A stretch of 38,715 nt of DNA, taken from positions 1 to 38,715 of the forward strand of contig NW_012237284.1 of NCBI RefSeq assembly GCF_000981445.1, in the 5' to 3' direction. Below, in pieces: positions 19,518 through 29,591 of this stretch (its first letter is position 1; every line of letters begins with the position of its first letter). Source of the DNA: Babesia bigemina. Its lineage: Eukaryota. Under the pieces are notes generated by a model that did not search any database, was not told the DNA's origin, and saw only the letters and a program-made list of their open reading frames with translations. The translations under genes and the position numbers were made by a program.

Positions 19518-22500
19518 ATTAATTTAAGTTATCTCATCTTGTAGTGTGCTATGTGGCTACGTGCCTTGGGCCGGTTTTCGTGTTTGCGGGGCTAACGCCT
19601 CACGCTGATACTGGTTGCGGGTTCCACGTCGGTCCATTGCCGGACGTCACTGGTGCCATCCATGCGGGCATCCATACAGTTTGGGCTTGAGGGTCTTCTA
19701 CGGAATCGTAGTCTTCTTTCGGCTTCATATCCCTCATCACTATTTTATGTGTTTCTTGGATCACTACCCTTTGTATGTGGGCTTCCATGCGATCCGATAT
19801 GCCCAGGTCCCGTCTGTACTTGCTGTGCTCCTTTGTCACTATTCCCTCCCACGTCATAACGTAGGGGATAACCCTGATCTTGGTTTGCTGGTTAAACTGT
19901 CGCGCCTTGAGGTCCTCGATAAGGTCTTCATACTTCTGCTTCTTGAACTTCTCCGTATCCACTAGGTTGTCTTGATTGGTGATTCCTATCTCCACGATGG
20001 TTATGGTGTTCCTCCGCCGATCCGCCAGGATGATGTCTGGCCTGTTGTATTCCTTAGTCTTCTGAGTCTTGACCGTCTTGTCGTACGCGATCCATCCGTA
20101 TTTTCCGTGCACTTCACTCTCGATCTTGTGGGCGTCTATCTTCTCCTTGGGTAGTCCTATTTGCCTCCCGAGTACTGAGTGGACCCGTTTTGCTACCTCG
20201 TTGTGCTTCTTCGTATATTCAAGGTGTAGTAGTTTCGGGCACTTCGTCGCGAGGTGGTCCACGTTCTTGCCGTTGTTGCATCTTGAGCATTTGTTGGACG
20301 AAGTCATCCATTGCAGATTCCTGTCCTGGACTTCTGCTACCTTCGCTTCTTCTTCCGGGGTGAGTATTCCACACGTCAGGTACAATGACGACGCCTCGAT
20401 GTCCAGCTTGGGGTCCTCACGCTTGGCATACAGAACCTTATGAGTTGATTTTACGTGCATTCTGTTGTACAGCCATTTGTTTTGGGCCACCCTGAGGTCC
20501 CTGAGGCTCTTGTCCGTCGTGTCCTCCACTCCGAATTCCATTCCATATCTCCCTTCCAGGTGCATCTTGATATGAGATATGTGCGCGTATGTGTCGCGAA
20601 AATGCTGCATGATCGCAGCTCTCCTGGTTGACGCCACCTCGTCTGCTGAAAACGTCAACCACAGTCGTAGCAGCATGGCTTCCGCTCTGAATACCATGCT
20701 GTGGAGCCCTCTCCCCATCTCTTTCCGGGGGAGGTAGAGCCTCTGTGTGTTCGCCCACTTCTTGTGTCCGTGCTTCGCGTTAATTATTCTCCGTACTGCC
20801 AGGTCGATCTTGTCGAAATGCGTGATGTCCATGGGGATCACGCCGATGTAGTAGTTGATGACGCTGAGGGCGTACTGGTTGATGGCCATCGAGAGGTTTT
20901 TCCCCGACAGCTTTGACGCAGCCAGTAGCTCCGTTCTCCTGCATATCTCCTGTAGTATTATGTCGAACATTCCGTCGCTTGTAAGTGAGTTTGAAGTCTC
21001 TGTGACTCCCAAGTACTTGTACGTCTCCGGGCCTTCCATCTGCTTGGCGATGCTCACGCACGCCTCCGTGTTGGTTGCCGACTTGTCGCGGTTGATCCTG
21101 AGTCCTATGTCGTTGAAGAACTTCTCCACTTCTCGGCCCATTCCTCTCATCGTACTTTCCTCGTGGGCGAAGAACTTGAGGTCGTCAATATAGAGAAAGT
21201 GGTTTGTGGCGAAGACCCTGCCGCCAGGCACGCTTAGCTCCACCTTGGGGAAGATGCGAGTCAGGTGCCTGCTCAGCGGGTCCAAGCACAGCACGAAGAG
21301 AAGGGGCGATAGGCTGTCGCCTTGGAGAATGCCCCTCTCTACTTTCTTGTGCATGATTGTGTTCTTGTTCCACCGTATCTCTATATTCCACCTCTTGGTC
21401 GTCTGCTTGATGAAGTTTGATAACCACCCTGGTAGGTTAAGGTTGTCGATAACCCTCGCCAGGTACGCGTGGTCGATTGAGTCGTACGCCTTCATGACGT
21501 CGACCCACGTTGCAAGTAACTTCCCCTTGTGCTTCTCGTTGAGCGCGATGTTAGCTAACGCGTGCTCCTTTGCACCCTGTACGTTGCTCCTCGTGCCCAT
21601 CTGGTTCTCGGACCGTAGTCCCCTGCCATCGACTTCTCGCTTAAGCGTCTCCGTTGCACAACGGGTAGTTAGCTTGTATAGGTTGGACATGCACGTGATA
21701 GGCCTGTACTGTGCGGCGGACTTTGGTTTCTTGTTCTTCGGTAGTAGGTACGTGATCCCACAGTAGAACCAGTCGTCCTGCACTTTGCCTTGCTGGCATG
21801 CCTCCTCTACTAGCCTATAAATGACTCTGTGAAGGGACGTGAGCCATTTAATGTAGTAGTTGTAGATCCCATCCGCACCGGGCGACTTCCAGTCTCGCAA
21901 TTTCTTGACGATCGTGACGAATTCCTCGTATGTGGGAAAGCCTGCCATGTTCTCTGCCGGTGGTCTTTCGACCAGGTATCCTTCACCGTTGTGCGGTGCG
22001 TTTGGCTTCACCCACATTTGCGCCCAGTACTCTATCATCATCCCCTCGTTTATCGCCGACTCGTCCGCATTCTGCTGATTCTCCAGTGTCCTGTAGAAGT
22101 GTCCCGTGTAAAGCTCGAACATGCGGTTGTCGTTGTACAACTCCTTCTTGAACTTGGCGTTCTTGAGTTTGTCCTGCTCCTTTTGGAGCTCCTCTTGGGT
22201 CCTGCTGATCACGTATGACAGTTCCTGCGGCTTGTCCGCGATCATGTTGTACTTGTCCATTTGGCGATAAACGCGTTTCCTATCCTCCTTCTCCAGGGGA
22301 ACCTTCTGCTTGTATTTCAGAAGTAATGCTCCTATCTCCTCCAGCTCCTTGATCCTCCTCTCAGCTGCCTCCTTCTTTCCCGAGGACGACGATGGTTTCG
22401 CGCTGTACTTGTCGTAGCAGTCCTGTGCCGTCTGATACAAGATGGCTAGCATGCCCATGTCAGTGACTGGGTTGTGCTTCACGTAGTTGTGGACCACTAG

Positions 22501-23413
22501 ATCCAGCGACCTAATCGCCGAGAAGTCGAGGGAGTCCATGGTGTGTCTTTTGTTCTTTACTGTCCTAATAACACCAGGCTCCCTCAACCTCTGTGCCATG
22601 ATCCGGTCGAAATCCTCCTGCAGGGCGTTGTATGAGTCGACGTCGTGCAGCGATGCTATTTCTCCAACGTCCGTCGGTTGGCTCCGCGCTGCTTTGGCGA
22701 CTACCTGTCTTGCCATCTGCTCCACCTCCTTGTGGGTCTTGTGGAATTCGAAATGCTCGTTGGCATATTCCGCGAGGACCTTCCATCCTCCTCGTGGCAT
22801 CCTCTGATACTTCGTCACTACTGCCTTGTAGACGTCCGGTACCCAATGACACCATGGTCCATCGATCTGACGCATGACACAGTGCAGGAACTGTAGCTTG
22901 GCATTTAGCCTCGCGTAATGCGGCGGCATTCGTGGCGTGTTCCCGGCCCGTTCAGCCTGCGGGGCGTGCCCTTCGGGTGCCCTCGGCAACGCAGCCGTCT
23001 CAGTGAGCGCCACCTCACTGGCGGTGCCCGGTGCTATACTGTTGTTTGATTCTCTCACAGGCCCGACTTGCTCAGGTTCCTCTTCGTCCACATCCATAAA
23101 GTCATCGGACGATATGGAATACACGGTCGGAGAGCGGCTGCCACCGTTTCCGACAGCCTCCCCTGCCGGTGGCTGCAGGGTAGACAGTGTCTGCACACAC
23201 ACGGGTGCGCGTTCCGCGGAACTCGGCCCGGCGTTGCAGACTGCGACAGGCGGCGTTTGAGCCGTGTTTCCTGTTTTTTTGGCCTTCCGGGTGTTACCCT
23301 TTTGGCCCTGGGGACCGCCGTTCCGCGCTTTGTTTCCAGCGCCCTGTACAGCCGGAGTGGTTCCGGGATGGTGTCGTTTCCGGCTTGCCTGCAGACTTGG
23401 CCGGCTTTCGCCG
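19518..23413 (-). mobile_element. Non-LTR retrotransposon copy 2, 5'-truncated, inverted relative to copy 1
   Basis: The reverse complement matches 9287-13182. Homology ends sharply at 23413 (5' end, inside the ORF) and 19518 (3' end). No poly(A) tail or target-site duplication is visible. Confidence 0.95.
19600..23202 (-). CDS. Reverse transcriptase / restriction-like endonuclease of copy 2 (RT, CCHC and RLE intact; original start lost; first in-frame ATG at 23097, 1165 aa)
   Basis: Uninterrupted frame with all catalytic motifs (YIDD; RPD..E..K). The frame stays open up to the truncation at 23413. Confidence 0.9.
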   Translation of the reverse strand: MCVQTLSTLQPPAGEAVGNGGSRSPTVYSISSDDFMDVDEEEPEQVGPVRESNNSIAPGTASEVALTETAALPRAPEGHAPQAERAGNTPRMPPHYARLNAKLQFLHCVMRQIDGPWCHWVPDVYKAVVTKYQRMPRGGWKVLAEYANEHFEFHKTHKEVEQMARQVVAKAARSQPTDVGEIASLHDVDSYNALQEDFDRIMAQRLREPGVIRTVKNKRHTMDSLDFSAIRSLDLVVHNYVKHNPVTDMGMLAILYQTAQDCYDKYSAKPSSSSGKKEAAERRIKELEEIGALLLKYKQKVPLEKEDRKRVYRQMDKYNMIADKPQELSYVISRTQEELQKEQDKLKNAKFKKELYNDNRMFELYTGHFYRTLENQQNADESAINEGMMIEYWAQMWVKPNAPHNGEGYLVERPPAENMAGFPTYEEFVTIVKKLRDWKSPGADGIYNYYIKWLTSLHRVIYRLVEEACQQGKVQDDWFYCGITYLLPKNKKPKSAAQYRPITCMSNLYKLTTRCATETLKREVDGRGLRSENQMGTRSNVQGAKEHALANIALNEKHKGKLLATWVDVMKAYDSIDHAYLARVIDNLNLPGWLSNFIKQTTKRWNIEIRWNKNTIMHKKVERGILQGDSLSPLLFVLCLDPLSRHLTRIFPKVELSVPGGRVFATNHFLYIDDLKFFAHEESTMRGMGREVEKFFNDIGLRINRDKSATNTEACVSIAKQMEGPETYKYLGVTETSNSLTSDGMFDIILQEICRRTELLAASKLSGKNLSMAINQYALSVINYYIGVIPMDITHFDKIDLAVRRIINAKHGHKKWANTQRLYLPRKEMGRGLHSMVFRAEAMLLRLWLTFSADEVASTRRAAIMQHFRDTYAHISHIKMHLEGRYGMEFGVEDTTDKSLRDLRVAQNKWLYNRMHVKSTHKVLYAKREDPKLDIEASSLYLTCGILTPEEEAKVAEVQDRNLQWMTSSNKCSRCNNGKNVDHLATKCPKLLHLEYTKKHNEVAKRVHSVLGRQIGLPKEKIDAHKIESEVHGKYGWIAYDKTVKTQKTKEYNRPDIILADRRRNTITIVEIGITNQDNLVDTEKFKKQKYEDLIEDLKARQFNQQTKIRVIPYVMTWEGIVTKEHSKYRRDLGISDRMEAHIQRVVIQETHKIVMRDMKPKEDYDSVEDPQAQTVWMPAWMAPVTSGNGPTWNPQPVSA

Positions 23414-24663
23414 TGAAAGGTGCCACCTCACAAATAGTGGAACCAGAGTTGTGAACAATGGTAGGTGCGGGCGAGGATCGGGGAAATATTGGTTTACCAG
23501 GCAATGTGGCAGTCACATAACGCAACAGTATCAACGCGTCGATTTTGCGATATCTGGTGAGAGTAGCGGGATGTAGAATCTGCCGGCCATGGGGAATGAT
23601 AATGTCGAACGATGCGGGAACCACGATGAAAGCCCCGTAGATATTGTTCGAAACATTTCAAGACCATTTGACCAGAATGACACGTACGAAGAGCATGACA
23701 CACGTCGGCGTGACTCTGTATGGCACTGTATATACCAAGTGAGGTTACTCGTTGTAGGTCACTCGCAGATGTATGCGCTGAGTGGCTCCAAAAAACACGC
23801 GCTAACATGCCAATGGCATTGTGGCATAGCAATTAATATACAATGCAACTGTCCCTATTACACAAGTCCAATTATGCAGCGTTACGCGCTCTAAGTGTCC
23901 TACCCTGAGGTCTGTAGCTACATCGTACACGTCTTAGGCAATAGGGCTGTTATACTACCTTGACGCATCGTGTATGTCTTCTCATGACAATAACAAACCT
24001 ATCGCTGGTCATCGTGTAGAACACATCAAAGGAAGTTCAGAACTTCGGCGACTACCTCCGCAAGTTGAGATTATTTACGCATTACGGCGGTACTGACACC
24101 GAAACTAATACTTTTCCCCGCACATAACGCACGTACATTTATACGCTCCTGTTTATTTAATGGCACTGGCAACTGAAAAAAACGGCAAAGTCGTGGAGTC
24201 ATGGAGGCAACGTCGGGCGCGTCGACATGGGTGTTGAGGGTGCGCGCATGAAACAAAAGCGAAGGAACATCTAGGATGTTGACTTCATATTGTTATTAAC
24301 GTAGTATATATGTATATGAATATGTATCGCAATTTGGGGGACTAGTAGGGCAACAAAGCCATTCCGAGCGTAGAAGCTACAGACTTCAGTGCAGGATGTG
24401 ATAGCGAGCATGTTTACCGCTACTTAAATATATGTGGGAGTCTCATGTGGCGGATATTGTCTATATTCGTGTGCCAGATATGGTTTAACGTGCGCCACGT
24501 CACATTGTTGGCATAGGTGCGTAGCAACTACAGCTGCAAAAGGCAGAGGTTTGAAATGTAGTATAATTATCGCAGCCTAAATGCAGTTACGATTTCGCAA
24601 CGTTGAACACAGGTAGCAACTGCAGTGCCCTTATGGAGTAACTAATGTGAACAAGACTCGAAA

Positions 24664-26193
24664 ATGGCGGCCAAACAACAGTCAGCGAAAGATTGTAATC
24701 CTATGCTCGCACGCGTTGCAGCTTTTTTGAAGGGGCATAGTCTTACGCAACCGTTGGAAGTTTGCTTGCTAGGTTCTTCGTTTGCCATGCAGAGATTTGG
24801 ATACAGTCCCGATGCCGTTTCAACCTTTGTCGGAACGTGTCACACGGCAATAGAAATCTTTTATCTTTTTTCGGCGCTGGGCACCTTTGGAATACTTACC
24901 GTGCTTCGGTCCATATGTAAACTGCCAGCGGACACCTACGCAGCATATGGGTGCGTTTGTTCTGCATGGGTCATCGTTGTTGTCAATGTATTCCTGCTAA
25001 AGTCGTTCGCTCTAGGAAAGGGTAATGCAACTATCACATTATACTTCTGGATGCTAATTGCCGCCAATAGTGTTGCAGGAATTGACGATATGTTCATGTT
25101 GACGGTTGCTCCCGATGACGTCTCGTCATACGATCTGGGCATATCGTTTACCGGCATTGTAGTCGGTCTTTTCCATTGGTGGGTGCCTATAACACTTAAG
25201 AACCGCAATATGGATGTAAACTATTGGCTTATATTTTACCAACTCCTTGCGATATTGACCCTTTCCTTGTGTACTGCAGTAGTTTGGACATGGTACACCT
25301 TTAAAGGAGGGTTGCTAGAAGCAATCGAGGAAAAGGATAAGTCGAAAAGTGCTGATGCCGGAAAAAAGGAGTCCGAAATGGATCAAACTTTTTTGCAGGC
25401 TTACTGGGCGACGTTCCCCATGACTTTTATGAGTTCTATAGGTTTTGGTTCTATATACGTCATATATCCTCTTATATCGCCGTTCGAAATGGTGGGATTC
25501 GAAGACCAGCATCCAATACAAACTGCTTGCCTCGTTGTACACGCGGTGTCTGGCATCTTAGTATGGATTCTAGACAAGTACTGCAGACTAGGTGAGAAGT
25601 GGGACAAGGAGTTAAAGTATTACCATTTCATATGGCTTCTCGCCGTTCCATTTTTCGGTATTGGAATCATGTTTATACGCATCATGCATTATCCGAAGTC
25701 ACTTATCGCGAGAGCCGTGCACATGAAACCTGTGGTTGTAGGGTTTCTCACTGTAATATTTTATTTTTCGGGGCGTTTCTTCATAGCAGCTGCGTATGCT
25801 GCAATCGATGGAAACGCTAAAGCGGCTAATTTCACACAATATGATTGCGAAAACGCTAGTTCTTCAGCATCCAGTGGTAGTCAAGCTTCAAGTTCGGCAC
25901 CTGCCGCAAATGGCAAAAAATCTGACCATGCGTCAACCATCTCGAGCATGAACCTGGCGCTCAATTTACTGGTTCTCAACATTGTCAAGTACATATCGGA
26001 AGGCTATATCGAACATTTCAGGGAATCAAGGGAAGAGTTCGAATATGGTGAGCCGTGGCCCACTGAGGGAATGGGGGAGCGCGAAGCATTCTTCTACTGG
26101 CTTAAGGAGGGCGCTGTCCTGGGATTCAAGAATTTCAGGAAACTGGCCGTTCAGAATATCAAAGCAAAACTCGCACCGTACACCCAAACATAA
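24664..26193 (+). CDS. Multi-pass membrane protein, Tpr-related piroplasm family (nucleoside-transporter-like topology), 509 aa
   Basis: About 10-11 hydrophobic segments. C-terminal 'SEGYI...WPTEGM...AFFYW' and 'HYP.S.IAR....KP......T.IFY' resemble the conserved Theileria Tpr membrane domain as I recall it. Confidence 0.75.
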   Translation: MAAKQQSAKDCNPMLARVAAFLKGHSLTQPLEVCLLGSSFAMQRFGYSPDAVSTFVGTCHTAIEIFYLFSALGTFGILTVLRSICKLPADTYAAYGCVCSAWVIVVVNVFLLKSFALGKGNATITLYFWMLIAANSVAGIDDMFMLTVAPDDVSSYDLGISFTGIVVGLFHWWVPITLKNRNMDVNYWLIFYQLLAILTLSLCTAVVWTWYTFKGGLLEAIEEKDKSKSADAGKKESEMDQTFLQAYWATFPMTFMSSIGFGSIYVIYPLISPFEMVGFEDQHPIQTACLVVHAVSGILVWILDKYCRLGEKWDKELKYYHFIWLLAVPFFGIGIMFIRIMHYPKSLIARAVHMKPVVVGFLTVIFYFSGRFFIAAAYAAIDGNAKAANFTQYDCENASSSASSGSQASSSAPAANGKKSDHASTISSMNLALNLLVLNIVKYISEGYIEHFRESREEFEYGEPWPTEGMGEREAFFYWLKEGAVLGFKNFRKLAVQNIKAKLAPYTQT

Positions 26194-27166
26194 CGGCTAA
26201 TGCAACCTGATACACGCTGCATTCGACGAGCGGACACCCTTTGCTTGTATTTCAGTTGTTGTACTTTCTACAAGTGGCTTCGCTTTTCACGATTACAACG
26301 TAGCCACTTCATCGCACCACTCATTTTAAACGTTAACGTAGGTTCGCGAAATGCGATCTGCTAATTTTTAATATTAGTTTTACAATGGTGGAACGTGGTG
26401 CTTATTATTCAGCCTTGCGTAAGCTGGGTACATGTAAGATAAATTGCAAAATGTTTAATTTCGCGGCTCTGATTATGCGGTGTATATGGCTGTTTTGTGG
26501 GATTTGGAGATCCATAAGGCGGTCATTGCATATGCACTGTTTCCTTCCTATATTGGTGCGCCTTCTGAATAAATTACATTTGGTCACGGATTCATGCTTT
26601 GGCGTTTTTTGGCCAATTTTGTGATGTTTCAGTGTTACTCCACTACATTAATGTGCTTATCGTTTGTATAAATGTATGTGAACCATATTTTTTGCCGTGA
26701 CATTCATATCAACAGGCATTGGAATTGTCTTGTATTAACTTTATCCGGTATACACAACGCTACCTCTACTAGCCAAGCTGTTGTTAAGTTGCCGAGCGCC
26801 TAGACATGCCACTGTGGGGTGAAGTGGGGTTGCCATGTTGGTGATGTCTACAGTGCGGCCCACTGACGCCACGTTTCCACACCGTTTCGCAGCCGTCACG
26901 TTAGACTTGTCACCTTTGGTGCTCACTGCTTATTCACGAGCAAAATAAACACCACAACATACCATACAGCTAGCAGACAGATGAACAAAACCCTCAAGTT
27001 ATGAGACGCATTAACCGGTAGCCTATGTGATCAACATCCGGCCTTCGCATACTACTGTAGTCATTGGGGAGCACCGTCACATATAAAAAGTGTTTTACAG
27101 CTCAACATCCCAAAAAACAATCGTTTTAATGAGTTGAATACATTAGACAGTGGGTTTGGAGGTAGG

Positions 27167-29400
27167 TTAGGCGGCGGGGGTTTTGCTTTCGGTAGCAATT
27201 GCCAGAGATTCGTAGTGGGATTTGACTTTGCAATCCGCGACGCAGGTTTTTTCGTGGCAACGTGATCCAGCAGATGTAAAGTTTGCGCAGCATTCCTTGT
27301 ATAACTGCTCAAGCAACTTGTATAATGTCTCAGTAAGATACACTATCCACGATAGATACTTGTCTGCGTTCCCCTTTGAAAACACCGTCCATGTGTTCAT
27401 GCCAAAAGGTTGCAAGTACCGGCCGCAGTTGGTGACCGAGATGTTGTCACCGCCACAAACAAGACTTAACAAGTCACGATTTTTGTTATGCTCCGAATGA
27501 TTACGATCGAACAGAAGTGATACGTTCATATCTGTGTATCGTTCTCCGAAATAAGCTTTGGTGACTGCATCATCAAATGCATCCTCCCTGTGCGCCTTGT
27601 CGTCGTCCTTGCCTTGTCCTTTAATCTGCCACCCATACAGGAAATTATAGTAAAAGGCAAACATGTCACCTAATGTCTTAGGCGGCGTACTTAATAAGCA
27701 CGTCAAATATTTACACAATTGGCTAAGAGGGCTACCCGCGTTTCCACAGAATCTTTCGAGAGCGTTCCCAATGTGCTCGCCTTGCTTAGTATGCGATGCA
27801 ACGTTGCTAATGTTACCAAAGCCTAGTGGCGTTTTGCACGAAATTCCGGCGTGATTGCTCACCGAACATTTTACGCCGCAGCCAACTTTTGTAAGTTGAT
27901 GTGGAAGGAACCCTTGTAAGCCGTCTTCCAAAAACGACTGCAAGGGTGACTTGATACCGCACTTAGGGTGCTGGTCACAGGTTTGCCTAGCGATTTGGTT
28001 AGCATTTTGGTTACTCTCTTGGTCAGCCCTTTGGGGACATGCTTGGTTAGCACATTGCTTATCGTTGCACCGCCAGTCAGATCCACCGACGTACCTACCA
28101 TACCAGCAGTCGCGCCAACTGTTCGCGGCCTCGGTGCTTTGACACTGCGTCAATAAAAAGCATAATTGCTCATGCACTCGATGTGATACGTCTACGAGCA
28201 TATCGAAGCATGATGCAGCGTGACTCGGATATTCCAGTTTTTCCGCGTTCGTGCGGAAGTCAACAGCTTAACGTCCACCAGCGTGACCGTGGCCGAGGAA
28301 TGCAAGCAATACTTCATGAGAGTACAAAGTAACGTCTGTCAATATTCTGCCTGCTAAGTTTACGTACGTAAAATCTGTGGTAGCGAGAAGCTTCATTTTG
28401 TCGCGATGAATGTCCTTGTAATCCTTGTGCTTGTCTTCCTCCGGTTTGGGGAATGATTCCTTGAAGCACATGTAAAGTGGTCTAAGAACAGGATTATGCC
28501 GTATGCCGCAGAGCCATAGTAGCATCTGATATATGTTACACGGCTGCTTAGGTGATGAGATACGCTCCATGTGGCTAACTTCGTAGTATGTGCCAAGGTA
28601 GCCGACGAGGTTCCGAAGGACACTATATAACTTACTAGCAGACGGATCATACCGTTCGTCAGCGTCGTTAACAAGTCTAAATTTGTTTCCTTTGGGCGAC
28701 ATATTTCGTTCTTTTACGAGTAACTCAGTGTAAATCTGCTGACCTGTTAACTCCTTATTACGCAATTCACCGTTGTGGTTGTCCTTGTCATCGGACACCT
28801 CGAAGCCACGTCCCTTAAACCAAGCACCAAATGCGTTCTTATTTCTATGGCCACTATTCACATCATACATACAGATATGTTTAGTTTTGCACTGAACGTT
28901 ATTCTTGCATAGTTTTCTCAATTGACTCAGATCATGATAGAGCGTCTCCAAAATCGTCAGGCAGACCTTGGCGCAGTTGCGGCCCTCAGGGGTTAAAACA
29001 GTTTCAGGGGTGGTGAGTTGTTTTGAATCAGCAGCAGGGTTTTTAGTACTAGACTGAGTAACTAAAGCCCCGTTGAAATGTTTACCCGAGTACCTGTTCA
29101 CGTACGCGAGGCCGAGTTGCGCGGCGAAGTTGGAGAGGCCGCGCTTGAGGGGGGCGAGGAGGAGGGGGGCGAGGAGGGGGGAGGGAAGGTCACCAAACTT
29201 TTTGGGAGCAAAGTTGTCAAGGGCGTTTTGGAGGTCATTTAGGTTACTGTGGAAGGTGTGGTCGAAGTGGTGGACATTAAGATGACCAAAATTTGGTCGA
29301 GTTCGGTTAAGGTAATTTTTTTGGAGGCGATTTAGGCAAATTTTAGGGGTCGAAGAAATTGTGCAAAATTAGGTGAAAGGGCAGTCAGGGAGGTTAAGGG
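27167..29400 (-). pseudogene. Internal fragment of a VESA-related ('ebh'-type) antigen gene, truncated at both ends, in-frame TAA at 28268-28270
   Basis: ORFs 28268-29101 and 27167-28201 share a frame and align with the C-half of 32582-38014 (NCAK.., GELRN, IYQM..WL, GHGHAGGR, KSPLQSFLEDGLQGFLPH, TLGDMFAFYY, YLSWIVYL). No C-terminal TM. The upstream limit is approximate. Confidence 0.85.
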
Positions 29401-29560
29401 AGGTGGATAAAAAGGTGAGGGAAGTGATGGAGACTAAGATGACAAAAATTTGGTCAAGTTTGGATAAGGTAATTATTTGGAGGCGATTTAGGCAATTTTT
29501 AGGGGTCGAAGAAATTTCGCAAAATTAGGTGACGGGGCAGTCGGGGAGGTTAAGGGAGGT
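29278..29560. repeat. Imperfect duplication of about 127 bp (29278-29404 and 29435-29560)
   Basis: TAAGATGAC.AAAATTTGGTC.AGTT...GGAGGCGATTTAGGCAA.TTTTAGGGGTCGAAGAAATT...GGGAGGTTAAGGGAGGT occurs twice. Confidence 0.85.
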
Positions 29561-29591
29561 AATGAAGTGGACTGTAAGTGTAATTAAAGAA

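Noticed and set aside
9066..23576. Many antisense and alternate-frame ORFs within the retroelements and antigen genes
   Set aside because: Shadow ORFs of long coding sequences, duplicated only because the element is duplicated.
23055..23894. ORFs crossing or next to the 5' junction of copy 2 as the missing antigen N-terminus or a fusion start
   Set aside because: No antigen motifs. The RT frame hits a TGA a few codons beyond 23413, and the 189-aa ORF is in another frame.
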